DNA of 64,000 nt from Octopus sinensis (taxonomy: Eukaryota). The DNA lies in assembly GCF_006345805.1 (NCBI RefSeq), contig NC_043001.1, forward strand, positions 30,380,001-30,444,000, read 5' to 3'. The notes beneath the pieces are model-generated. The model saw nothing but the letters and a program-made list of their open reading frames with translations, did not search any database and was not told where the DNA came from. The position numbers and the translations under genes are program-made. Positions 23,300 to 35,084 of this stretch are shown piece after piece (position 1 is the stretch's first letter; every line of letters begins with the position of its first letter).

Positions 23300-23790
23300 A
23301 TGCTGGTGGAAAATAACATCACTAGGTGAGACAAGCTGACACTGAATTAGCTTCGCTGACTGACAGGTGACAGTAGTTTAGAGAATGCATGGGCTAAGAC
23401 TACACGCCTTCATTGGTCAGTTAAAGTTGAGACAGTGTCACCTGACAACTTGCTGGGGCTGCCTGCTAGAGTCTAGCAGCAGGTATTTAAGGGAAAATTT
23501 GACAAGTCAGTCAGTCACCCACTGACACTCGTTGACGCTACATCGAAGAGGCCAGGGAACAGAAGAAAGAAGACATGCACCCAATACCAGAGCTGAAGAC
23601 ACCTCCAAAAGGGAGGGGTCCCGCCACGTCAAAACGGTAGAGGAGTAGGGGCCGAAACCGGACGTGGTTCCTCCTGATGATGTCTTGAGCTAACAGGATC
23701 TTATAAAGGAGCTGTTGTGGTAGCAGACCATGAAACACGGTTGAAATTCCTCCCAGGATCATAATTAGCAGCAGGAAGGGCATCCAGCTT
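23300..23790 (+). mobile_element. Unclassified LTR- or Penelope pseudo-LTR-like segment
   Basis: GC-richer block with TATTTAAGG followed by CAGTCAGTCA, and scattered CTGAAGA/CTGATGA...GAAAC motifs. No coding evidence. Confidence 0.35.
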
Positions 23791-24233
23791 TAAAACAATG
23801 ACTTCCCTATATTAATTTCCAAAAACTATTCTACCCACACTAGCATGAAAAGAAACTGATGTACAGCCCTAAAAATGGGCTGCACATCGGTTTCTTTTTC
23901 TTACCATTAGGGGCAGCAAGTAATTCACAAACAGATAGTTATGATGTTCAATTGCTTCAGACATTTGTCAAGTCTACTGTACCTAACAAACACAATCAAG
24001 GTTTCTCAAATTCAGAGCACTTTGTAAAAATACAGTGTGTTAGTGTCTCTCTGTCTTGACATCATATGATGGCTGTAAATAAGTGAAAATATGTCCGGTC
24101 ATGGGGAAATTTTACCTTACTTTGAAATTTGAGTGTTGTTGACAGAAAGGGCATCTGACCATAGAAAATCTGCCCAGAAAATTTAGTCCTATCTAAGCAA
24201 GCATGGAAAAGTGGATATTACAAATATATAATA

Positions 24234-24628
24234 CTAGCAGTATCGCCCGGCGTTGCTCGGGTTTGTAAGGGAAATAATTATATAAGCATTTTTAGAGATG
24301 TAAAGTATAATAGCCATCTCAATATGGCTAACCACAAAGGGGGAGGGGTGTTACTGTAGCTTTTTACGTTCTGAGATTTAATAATAAATTTTAGATAGTT
24401 ACTTCCCTTATATATGTCAAAATTGGATTAAAAATGGGAAAAATTGATGGTAAATTTTTTTTTAAATCGTAGACTCATCGTAGACGCACGCTAATACCCA
24501 GACGGTCTCGATATGAATCACGACTATAAGATACCCGGTTTTGGTTAAACTGCACCGCAAAATGTGGGAGTAGTTAGGAATCTAAATCGTAGGAGACAGA
24601 CACACAACCTCACTTTTATATATAAAGA
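24234..24628 (-). mobile_element. Non-autonomous Helitron (395 bp)
   Basis: Minus strand: A|TC at 24628, CTAG|T at 24234, hairpin CCCGAGCAACGCCGGG ~10 nt from the 3' end. Confidence 0.88.
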
Positions 24629-24691
24629 TTTCCTCTATTTACATAATATTGAGGTCTCTTTCTTTCTTTTGTTATCTTACTGTTTTTACCA

Positions 24692-24728
<37 letters not shown>

Positions 24729-24736
24729 TATATATA

Positions 24737-25059
24737 GTTACAGAGATGTACTTGCATAGCAAGTGACTTGATCTGAGATCGTGTGCTGGAACAAAAACAG
24801 TTGCAGCGTTGAAGGTGTTTATAAGCCATTTAAGAAACACACAAAAACCGTTAGATTCACTTCAACATTTAAATTTAATTTGTCAAAATATTTTCGTCGC
24901 TTTGAGACCACGACCTGTTAGCACGATATTTTTGTCAGTGAACAGGTCGCAGTCTCAAAGCGACGAAAATATTTTGGCAAATTAAATTTAAATGTTGAAG
25001 TGAATGTAACGGTTTTTGTGTGTTTCTTAAATGGCTTACAAACACCTTCCAGGCTGCAA
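24737..25059. mobile_element. Penelope-like tail present as a fold-back (inverted pseudo-LTR structure)
   Basis: 24801-24919 is the near-perfect reverse complement of 24941-25059. Same tail family as 29190-29400. Confidence 0.75.
24931..24981 (+). ncRNA. Candidate type I hammerhead ribozyme with G3-C8 swapped core
   Basis: Stem I TTTGTCA/TGGCAAA, core GTGAACA, extra G, stem II GTCGC/GCGAC, GAAA, palindromic AATATT stem III, UUU site. Confidence 0.55.
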
Positions 25060-25425
25060 TATATATATACACACATATATATATATGTATGTGTGTATGT
25101 ATGTGTGTATATGTGTATGCATGTATGTGTGTGTGTGTGCGTGTCTGTGCTTGTGATTGTCCTCCACCACTGCTTGACAACGAATGTTGGTTTGTTTACA
25201 TCCCTGTCACCTAGTGGTTTGACAAAGGAAACAGATAGAATAAGTACAATGCTTACAAAAATAAAACTGGAGTTGATTCATTAAACTACAATTCTTCAAG
25301 GCATTGCCCCAGCATGGCCACAGACCAATGGCTGGAAAAAGCAGAAGAATAAAAGAATACATTCTCTGCTTTGGTCTTATGTTCAAGGCATGAGAAAGCT
25401 TGAGTTTACATGAGAAGGCCTAACA

Positions 25426-25900
25426 GACCTGGTAGAAACAGCAGCCAAATCTCCCTCAAATCACACCTTACTGTGTTATGTATGTATATATATATGAGCC
25501 AATGAGGGGGACCTCTACATGGTAGCTAGACCTGGTAGAAATAGCAGCCAAATTTCCCCCAAATCACACCTTACTGTCTTATCTATGTATATATGTATGT
25601 ATGAGCCTATGAGGGAGACCCCTACATGGCAGCTAGACCTGGTAGAAATAGCAGCCAAATTTCCCCCAAATCACACCTTACTGTCTTATCTATGTATATA
25701 TGTATGAGCCTATGAGGGAGACCCCTACATGGCAGCTAGACCTGGTAGAAATAGCAGCCAAATTTCCCCCAAATCACACCTTACTGTCTTATCCATGTAT
25801 ATATGTATGTATGAGCCTATGAGGGAGACCCCTACATGGCAGCTAGACATGGTAGAAATAGCAGCCAAATCTCCCTCAAATCACACCTTACTGTCTTATC
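25426..25900 (+). repeat. Tandem minisatellite, ~4.6 units of alternating 103/107 bp
   Basis: GACCTGGTAGAAATAGCAGCCAAA recurs at 25426, 25529, 25636, 25739 and 25846. Confidence 0.95.
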
Positions 25901-26402
25901 TTTCTGCTACTTGGATATAGGTGTTATATTCGTCGTAAAAAACTTTCCTGTCACACACTCACGCACACGCACACACACACACGCGCGCACACCCACACAC
26001 ACCCACTCACACACACGCACGTTAGCTTACAATTTTATTTATATATTTGCGTGTCTATGTGTTGAAAGAGGAAGTGGGAGGCAGAGTGAAAGAATCACTC
26101 ACTACAGTAAGTCAATTACTTTCATTTTATTCGTTGCCCACTGTGTGTGTGCGTTTGCGTGTGGTGTAAACCAGACTAAGAAAAGCATTTGACACACACA
26201 CCAGAATGTGAGTTTTCTGTAAATTTTGCTTAATTGGAGTTTAAATTTTAAAAACTGGACCTGGCATGACGCGATGCATTGTACTCTTAAAAATGCAAGG
26301 TAAATTGTAATTGAAGAAATCCTATATTGTAGATTTGTATAACTCCCAAAGGGAGGCAGATAAAATCTGCCTTTTATAATAAGAGATATATATATATATA
26401 CA

Positions 26403-26710
26403 GGAGCAGGGGTGGCTGTGTAGTAAGAAACTTGCTTCCCAACCACATGGTTCTGGGTTCAGTCCTACTGTGTGGCAGCTTGGGCAAGTGTCTTCTACTA
26501 TAGCCTTGGGCCGACCAAAACCTTGTGAGTGGATCTGGTAGATAGAAACTGAAATAAGCCCGTCATATATATATATACATATATGTATTTGTACCTCCAC
26601 CATCACTTGACAACTGATGTTGGTGTGTTTACATCCCTGTAACATAGCAGTTTGACAAAAGAGACCAATAGACTAAGTACTAGGCTTACAAGGAATAACT
26701 CCTGAGGTCA
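26403..26710 (+). mobile_element. A-D composite SINE
   Basis: Matches the 10970 element; the D tail is truncated. Confidence 0.8.
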
Positions 26711-26902
26711 ATTTGTGTTACAGATGTAAACACTTTGTTTTATATATCCAATATCTTCATAAACACAAAAAGAGATCAGCTGGGTTAATTTCAGTTTTGT
26801 ATTGGGATTTTATCAGCAACAGAGAACCTTCTTTGACTGTCCATGGATATTCTGCTTATGAACCCACAATTACTAAAGAATTGAATAATCTGGAAAGACT
26901 AA

Positions 26903-27284
26903 TCTATATATATAACACTGAAGTTGTCTGTGTGTGTGCGGCACATTTGGTAGCCTTCAACTAACACTATCTCTTCCAAAATTGAGAGTATGATAGAAGG
27001 CTTGCTCTCATTCCGTCATTCTGTAGAAGAAAAAATTCAAATTGGACCATGTTAAGACCAAAAATTATTTACATCAAAAACGTGCTCTTTTTCTATGAAA
27101 ATCCCTATTTTTTACGATTTTTTTTTACTGCTGTGTCGCCATTTTTCGGTGTATTTCAACCAGAAAAAAGTTCACTTAAAGAGAATAACAAGCTACATAA
27201 TGCAAAATTTTTACTTTGCAAAAATTCCAATTCTAAAGGGTCAAAGAGAAAACAAACCCGAGCAACGCCAGGCTATACTGCTAG
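26903..27284 (+). mobile_element. Non-autonomous Helitron (382 bp)
   Basis: A|TCTATATATAT at 26903, hairpin CCCGAGCAACGCCAGG, CTAG|T at 27281-27285. Confidence 0.85.
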
Positions 27285-27782
27285 TTTACATATATAATGC
27301 ATCCTTGGCAACTAGTTTGATGAATAAGTTACTGGTGCATCTACAGTTTTTTTTTTGTGTGTTCTTAGTGTTATATACACAGACAAGGTGTTTGTTTATT
27401 CACACATTGGTGACTAAAAATCTAGAGTACAGCATTTAATTATATAGTCCAGCTGCTGTCATTGCCTTTATATTCTTAATTGCATCTGTGACCATACTGC
27501 TGTTGAAAACAATGGCTGATCTTTCTTGTTAGATCAACATAGGGATAGGCAGTCACTCCATCTTAATCAATATAATGTTGTAAGGAAACATGAATTTAAT
27601 GTGCTTATCCTGTTTTTAACATTGAGATCTTTAACTGTGGATTACTATGGAAACTGAAAGCATAAGACTAAGGAAAAATGCATACGTAAGTGGATAGGGA
27701 AACTCACAAAGGAGATAACAAAGGAATGCTACAAGTGGCAAAGTAGCAAGATGGTGTATTGGAGAGAAGCTATTGAATCTGT

Positions 27783-27785
<3 letters not shown>

Positions 27786-27865
<80 letters not shown>

Positions 27866-27894
27866 CATATATATATATACACACATATATATAT

Positions 27895-27939
<45 letters not shown>

Positions 27940-28003
27940 CATATACATATATATACATATACATATATACATATATATATACATATACATATATACATAT
28001 ATA

Positions 28004-28047
<44 letters not shown>

Positions 28048-28063
28048 CACACACACGCGAGAG

Positions 28064-28095
<32 letters not shown>
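27786..28095. repeat. Compound (TA)n/(CA)n/(TACA)n microsatellite, ~310 bp
   Basis: Directly visible. It explains the Y/I-rich spurious ORFs. Confidence 0.98.
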
Positions 28096-28099
<4 letters not shown>

Positions 28100-28165
28100 C
28101 ACTTTTCCTGTTATACTGCCTGTGTTCTTTTTGAATCCTCTTCACATTCATGTTGAAGTCGTCCA

Positions 28166-28196
<31 letters not shown>

Positions 28197-28619
28197 CTTG
28201 ATTCTCCTCTTTATCACTCTCTTACTCTGATCTTCTTCCATCATTCTCTCTTCTACATGCTGAGGTTAAGACAACCCCCTGGTGAACCAAACAGAGACAA
28301 TGTTTTGCTGAGGACAAGACAACTTCTCTAGTAACAGACCTTGAATTAAAAATGTATCTTCTATTCAAATCAGTCTGCCTAATTTAGTTGTAAGTGCAGC
28401 AAGAGAAGCTATAAATACAGTTCCACAGTGGCCTTTAGAATGACAGATCATCAACAGCTGTCTAATGTATCTAGTAAAATTTATTAACTAGTGTAATTAA
28501 TTTACAAATGAAGTGATGGCTAAAACTTTTAGGTGTAACCCAAAGTAATCTTTAGTATGCATGTATGTGCATGTGTATACATGTGTGTGTGTATATACAC
28601 ACACGCACATGTATGTGTA

Positions 28620-28990
28620 AATATATATATATATATATATGTCACCGCCGCCTAGACTGGCTTCTGTGCCGGTGGCACATAAAAAGCACCATCCAAATTG
28701 TGGCCGATGCCAGCGCCGCCTTGACTGGCTTCCGTGCCGGTGGCACGTAAAATGCACCAATCCAATCATGGCCTTTGCCAGCCTCACCTGGCACCTGTGC
28801 CGGGTGCACGTAAAAAGCACCCACTACACTCACGGAGTGGTTGGCATTAGGAAGGGCATCCAGCTGTAGAAACACTGCCAGATCAGACTGGGCCTGGTGC
28901 AGCCTTCTGGCTTCCCAGATCCCTGGTCGAACCGTCCAACCCATGCTAGCATGGAGAACGGACGTTAAACAATGATGATGATGATGATGA
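28620..28990 (+). mobile_element. RTE 3'UTR copy with internal tandem subrepeats
   Basis: Three GTGGCAC(A/G)TAAAA(A)GCACC-type units, then the common tail and (GAT)n. Confidence 0.8.
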
Positions 28991-29189
28991 TGTCATCATC
29001 GTAATTTAATGTCAGTTTTCCATACTAGCATTGGCTGGATAGTTTGGCAGGGGCTAGCCAGCTGAAGAGCTGCCCAGACTTCATGTCTGTTTTGGCATGG
29101 TTTCTACAGTTGAATGTCCTTCCTAACACCAACCACTTTATAGTGTACTGGATGCTTTTACACAGTACCAGCACAGATGCTATTGTGTA

Positions 29190-29400
29190 CGAAGTTTTGT
29201 CAGTGAACAGGTCGTGGTTTCAAAGCGACGAAAATATTTTGACAAATTAAATTTAAATGTTGAAGTGAATCTAACGGTTTTTGTGTGTTTCTTAAATGGC
29301 TTATAAACACCTTCCACGCTGCAATTGTTTTCATTTCAGTACACGATCTCAGATCAAGTCACTCACTATGCAAGTACATCCCTGTAACATATATATATAT
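29190..29400 (+). mobile_element. Penelope-like tail, same family as 24737-25059
   Basis: GAACAGGTCG...AAATGTTGAAGTGAATCTAACGG...GCAAGTACATC(C)CTGTAAC followed by (TA)n. Confidence 0.75.
29196..29246 (+). ncRNA. Second copy of candidate G3-C8 hammerhead ribozyme
   Basis: Perfect 7-bp stem I TTTGTCA/TGACAAA, GTGAACA, G, stem II GTCGT/GCGAC, GAAA ATAT TT. Confidence 0.55.
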
Positions 29401-29404
29401 ATAT

Positions 29405-29710
29405 ATAGCTGTGATACCAGTGCTGGTGACACGTAAGCGAACCATCCGATCGTGGCTGTTGCCAGCGCCGCCCCAACTGGCCTCCGTGCTGGTGGCATGT
29501 AAAAAGCACCATCCGATCGTGGCTGTTGCCAGCCTCACCTGGCACCTGTGCTGGTGGCACGTAAAAAGCACCCACTACACTCACGGAGTGGTTGGCGTTA
29601 GGATCAGACTGGGCCTGGTGCAGCCTTCTGGCTTCCCAGACCCCAGTTGAACCGTCCAACCCATGCTAGCATGGAAAGCGGACGCTAAATGATGATGATG
29701 ATGATGATGA
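29405..29710 (+). mobile_element. RTE 3'UTR copy with internal tandem subrepeats
   Basis: Same family as 28620; ends CCATGCTAGCATGG...(GAT)n. Confidence 0.8.
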
Positions 29711-30259
29711 TATATATATATATATATGGATCGTCGGTAAAACATACTGGCCAGACACACACACACACACACACACACAGATCTTGCAAATATGGTTACT
29801 TTATAACAAAAACAAAAGAATTTGTACTTTGCAAGCCTTCCAAACGTTTGGTTTGATAGTTGACTGTCCAGCAAGATTCATATGGGCCATAATGAATGAA
29901 AACATGTGCATTCTTAGGCATTGTTATCAATCTGAAAAGAAAAAAAAGAGAAACTATGATAATATATTAAAAGCAATTCTAATGTTTATACCAAGAAACT
30001 ATGACATTATATTTTGATGATAATTAGCGCATCTTTCATTAGCCATAGGGTCACATAAAACTTATGCTGCTATCTTTTGAAATGAGTTACATTAAGATGA
30101 AAGATGACTACTGGCCAGGAAAAGACAAGAGTCTATCACAAATCATATTCACTTTTCTATTATCCTTTCCCGACAGTCAGAAAAATTAACTCGTGTGGAT
30201 TGCATATGTTCATAGCCTATAGGCATAAAAGACAGCTATAGAGAATCTGCACTTGTGGG

Positions 30260-30585
30260 CTATAAGCAATGGGCCTTATGGAGGCAATGACAAATAACTG
30301 AGACCTTGGGCAATATGCTGTGCTTGAGTAGAAGACCCGTCAAGCCAAGTAAAATCATAGTCATGGCAGATAATGGTGTCACGCAACTGGCACCCGTACT
30401 AGTGGCACATAAAAGCACCCATTACATTCTCGGAATGGTTGGCATTAGGAAGGGCATCCAGCCATAGAAAACCATGCCAAATCAGACTGGAGTCTGGTGC
30501 AGCACCTCAGCTTACCAGCCCTAGTCAAACCATCCAACCCATGCTAGCATGGACAACAGATGTTAAATGATGATGATGATGATGA
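30260..30585 (+). mobile_element. RTE LINE 3' end
   Basis: ORF-terminal GAGGCAATGAC...GAGACCTT...GCTGTGCTTGAG plus the UTR and (GAT)n. Confidence 0.75.
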
Positions 30586-31158
30586 TTATTATTATTAATA
30601 TTATTATTATTATTATTATTATTTACAAGATCACTTCACTTCTACTTTGCCACATTATTTCAACCTATATGAAATAACGTAGCACAGTAGGAGTAAATTT
30701 ATGTGATATGTTATCTACTTTTATTATAAAACAGTATTGGTTTGGTTTGTGAAGAAAGCTGTGCAGTTTTTATTTATTACATTGATCCAATATGTGTGAT
30801 GTTTATGCTTACTTTTTACTTTTCTCATATTGTATGGCAAAGTAAAACAGATCCACTGGAGAATTGAAACTAAGTTAAAATCTCTTTCTATCTCATTGCA
30901 AACTAAATCCTGAATCATAAATAAAGATTAAGCTGATAAGGGAGGCTGTACATGGTTGTTTGAGCTGCTAGAAATACTAATTCAATCTTCCTCAAAATAC
31001 ACCCACCATCTTCAAGAATAATGGATACATTGGGTAAGGTTCAGTTTGAGTTAAAATTAAACAAAAAAACAATGGATGCTTATAGCTTGAACACTTTTGA
31101 TCATTGATCTACTCAATCATAGCTGACCTAGGGCTAAACAACATTATATGAACAAAAC

Positions 31159-31690
31159 ATGATGGCCTTAGTTTTGGGGGATACAAAAGGCATTGTGTTT
31201 ATTGACTATCTTCAAAAAAGCCATAACATCAATGAAGGGTACTGTGCCAACTTGCTGAGGCAGTTACAAAAAGCTATCAAGACCAAATGCCTAGGAAAAC
31301 TGATGAAAGGTGTCTTGTTTCATGAGATCAATGCTCCCACACACAAGTCCTTCATCTCAATAGCTACTGTGCATGACTGTGGCTTTGAACAGGTTGATCA
31401 CCCAGTCTATTCTCCTGATTTCACCCCATCTGACTATCATCTGTTCCTCAACATGAAAAAACATTTTGCTGGGAACTAGTACCACAGTGATGATGATGTC
31501 ATATCTGCTATTGACAATTTTTTTGACCAACAAGATGAAAGATTCTTCACCAGTGGGATCCAAGCACTGCAACACCAGTGGAAGAAATGTGTGGGCTGCA
31601 AGGAAGACTATGTTGGAAAATAAACCTCATTTGCTCACATTCCATGAGACTATCTTGATCAGCTGATGAACTTTTCAGTCGACCCTTGTA
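31159..31690 (+). mobile_element. Mariner (DD34D) transposase 3' half, frameshifted, with probable right TIR
   Basis: GIVFIDYLQK...GVLFHEINAPTH...HPVYSPDFTPSDYHLF (YSPDLAPSD motif), then DDDVISAIDNFFDQ...GIQALQHQWKKC in the next frame. Ends GACCCTTG|TA. Confidence 0.92.
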
Positions 31691-31924
31691 GATATGTTGT
31701 TTGCTACACAGTCATAGATTTGATCCTACTGTGTGGCATCTTGGGTGGTAAGTACTTTTTACCATAATGTCAAGTCAACCCAAGCCATGTGAGTGAAACT
31801 GGTTAGACAGAAACAGTGTGAAAGCCTATCAGATAGATTACGCTTGTAAATCAAAGGACCAACCATATTACATATAATGTCATACTGATTTAGTCTGAGA
31901 ATCACATTAACAGTACATGTCTGT

Positions 31925-32810
31925 AGACATCATCATTGTCACCATTTAACATCCATTGTCCATGCTGGTATGAGTTGGATGGTTTGACCAGAGCTGGCAG
32001 GTGGGAGAGCTGCACCAGACTCCAGTATGATTTGACAAGGTTTCTACAGCCGGATGCCCTTCCTAGTGCCAACCACTTTACAGAGAGTGCTGGGTGCACT
32101 TTTATGTGACACTGGTGGCATGAGCCCTTTTTACATGTTACCAGCACAGAACTCTTGCAAACCAATCCGCTTCATGGGGGGGGGGTCTCCCCACTTCTAC
32201 TGTGGAGTATGGGTCTTCTTGAGTATAGCAAGGCACCACACATTTCAGCCTCTGTTATCTCATCTGAAAGGTTAGGAAATCCATCAGTTATATATATATA
32301 TAGAATAAAAAAAGTTGCAAACTTCCATACAAGTATTGGCCTTTGTTTTCAGTCTTATATGAAAACATATTCAGACATGGGAAAATATTACTTTTCTTGG
32401 AAACATGAGGGTTGGTGGTAAGAAGGACATCTGGCTGTTGAAAATTTGCCTCAGCAAATTCCATTTGATTCATGCAAGTGTAGAAAAGTAGATATTAAAA
32501 TGAGCATCGCCTTGCTACCAGTGTCACCTTACTGGCACATGTGCCAGTGTGCAGGTGACGAGTAAAAAAAAAACACGATTTTCCGTGACTGTTGCCTGTA
32601 CCGCCTGACTGGCCCGCGTACTGGTATCACATCAAAGCACCCACTACACTCTCGGAGTGGTTGGCATTAAGAAGGGCATCCAGCTGTAGAAACTCTGCCA
32701 AATCAAGATTGGAGCCTGGTGCAGCCATTTGGTTTGCCAGTCCCCCGTCAAATCGTCCAACCCATGCTAGCATGGAAAGTGGACATTAAACGATGATGAT
32801 GATGATGATG
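31925..32810. mobile_element. Cluster of RTE 3'UTR copies (minus ~31925-32260; plus ~32304-32503 and ~32590-32810)
   Basis: Shared GGAAGGGCATCCAGCTGTAGAAAC/CCATGCTAGCATGG motifs and (GAT)n tails. Confidence 0.7.
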
Positions 32811-33309
32811 AATCTAAGTATGCATTGGATAGACTAAGGAATTAAATATCAAGGTTCACTATTTTACCCTACTTGCCAAGAGCTGTCAATAATACAAATG
32901 ATTTTTTAATGCTTGTTATAGGGTTAATTTCAATGAATTAAACATTCTTTTTGGCTCATTATATTATGCTAGTCCATTACTCAATTATAAGAAGTAGGTT
33001 CATGGTTTTTTGACACTTTATTATTATTTTCTATACTTGCAAAAGTGAATTGCTTTATTTATTCATGCAGCTGTTTTTACAGGTGACTTCACATAACACT
33101 GTTATTCATTTAAATACTAGCTGGAACCATGAAAAATTCACGGAAAACATAAAAAATGTAAGCATCTGTAAGCAGTGTACTGGTACCATGAGAAATGTTT
33201 GTATATTATGACAGTCTATCTTTACGTTCTAAGTTCAAATTCTGCCGAGATCAACTTTGCCTTTCGTCCTTTTGGGGTCAATAAATTAAGTACCAGTTAT
33301 GTACTTGGG

Positions 33310-34810
33310 TCAATCTAATCAACTGACACCCTCCCCACAAAAATTTCAGGCTTAGAAAAGTATATTATGACAGTTACAGAATATAGAAAGTAATGTAACA
33401 CCAATGACTATATAATCCAACCAAAATATCTGTTACTTAAATGTACACAGAATTACTATTTAACCTTAAAATACATCGTACATATTCAAAGAACCCTAAT
33501 GTACAAATTTAAATGCAAAAGAACGAAATATTAAATGGAAAGTTTGGTAATTACGTTTATTCCCACCACACGACACTTATTATTGCAAACATATTTTAAC
33601 TAACCTAAACTATGCACACACACAAATACATTCATATATAGGCACAGGAGTGGCTGTGTGGTAAGTAGCTTGCTAACCAACCACATGGTTCCGGGTTCAG
33701 TCCCACTGCGTGGCATCTTGGGCAAATGTCTTCTGCTATAGCCCCGGGCCGACCAATGCCTTGTGAGTGGATTTGGTAGACGGAAACTGAAAGAAGCCTG
33801 TCGTATATATGTATATATATATATGCGTGTGTGTGTGTTTGTGTGTCTGTGTTTGTCCCCCTGGCATTGCTTGACAACCGATGCTGGTGTGTTTATGTCC
33901 CCGTCACTTAGCGGTTCGGCAAAAAGAGACCGATAGAATAAGTACTGGGCTTACAAAAAGAATAAGTCCCGGGGTCGATTTGCTCGACTAAAGGCGGTGC
34001 TCCAGCAGTCAAATGACTGAAAAGAGTAAAAGAAAAAAAAGAGTATATATGTCTTGAGTTGTAGCTGTAATTCAAAGGGGCCAGCCTTATATTCTGTGTG
34101 AGGCTGAATCTCCCTGAGAACCATGTTAATGTTATGCATGTCTATGGAGTACTCAGCCATTTGTGAGTTAATTTTATCCTCATGTGGTAATGAAAAGTGA
34201 AACTGACATCCAATATTTGCTGTGTGTATGTATCTATGTATGAACTTTTCTTTGGATTTATGTATCTACTGTCTCTCTCTCTTTCTCTTTCACTTCCTTT
34301 GTGTCCCTCTTCTCTTCCGCTTTTGATTTAACAATGTGTATATGTATCTATGTATCTACTTCTCTTGCAATGTGATAAACATTTAAAAACACAAAACAAA
34401 CACCGTCACGACTCATTGTCTCTTTCGCACTTGCTCTTTCTTTCTCTCACTCTCTTTCTCTCTTATGTCCTCTCTGAAACATTTAAAAGCACAAAACAGT
34501 CACTACTGTCTCTTTCACTCTCTTTCTCTCTTTCTCTCTCATTCACTCTCCCTTTCTCACCCAAACGCACACACTCTCTCTCTTACTTCCTCTCTGTCCT
34601 CCCCTCTCTCTCTCTCTCTTACTTCCTCTCTCGCTCTCTCTCTCTTACTTCCTCTCTATCTCTCTCTTAATTCCTCTCTGTCCTCCTCTCTCTCTCTTAC
34701 TTCCTCTCTGTCCTCCTCTCTCTCTCGCTTTGCCACTTCTTTGAAGTAAGTGGGACACACACAACAGGTATGTATAAAAAAAAAAGTTAGTGTATTAATA
34801 TTAATGATAC
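33310..34810 (+). repeat. Left arm of inverted segmental duplication (partner 43065-44085)
   Basis: Several non-SINE blocks match the reverse complement of 43065-44085 in collinear order, e.g. GAAAAGTATATTATGACAGTTACAGAATATAGAAAGTAATGTAACACCAATGACTATA. Confidence 0.9.
33641..34032 (+). mobile_element. Young A-D composite SINE inserted in the left arm only
   Basis: Near-identical to 58316; absent from the equivalent (TA)n site of the right arm. Confidence 0.9.
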
Positions 34811-35084
34811 AGGAATAGAGTTACTTTTCTGTTTAACCAGAGAAATTGAAGCAAACAAGTTTGTTCAAGAATATAACAAATATGAATAATGAAATCTGAA
34901 CTAAATTCTCTTTGTTATCGAATGTTCATTATACTCAGCTCAACACAAGCCTAATTTCTGGGCTACATTAAAAAAATACTTTTTCTTTCTAAAGAAAGGT
35001 TTGTTTGAAATGTCACTACTTTTATCGCCTCATGACATCCAAGTGAATCTAATTTTGAAAACTTTACTAAATGGTGTTCACCTT

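Noticed and set aside
25426-25900. CRISPR-like regularly spaced repeats
   Set aside because: The 'spacers' are identical to each other, the context is eukaryotic and there are no cas genes; it is a minisatellite.
27631-28244. Several 60-145 aa ORFs rich in Y/I/C/V
   Set aside because: Translations of (TA)n/(CA)n microsatellites.
34350-34749. S/L-rich ORFs
   Set aside because: Translations of a CT-rich low-complexity tract.
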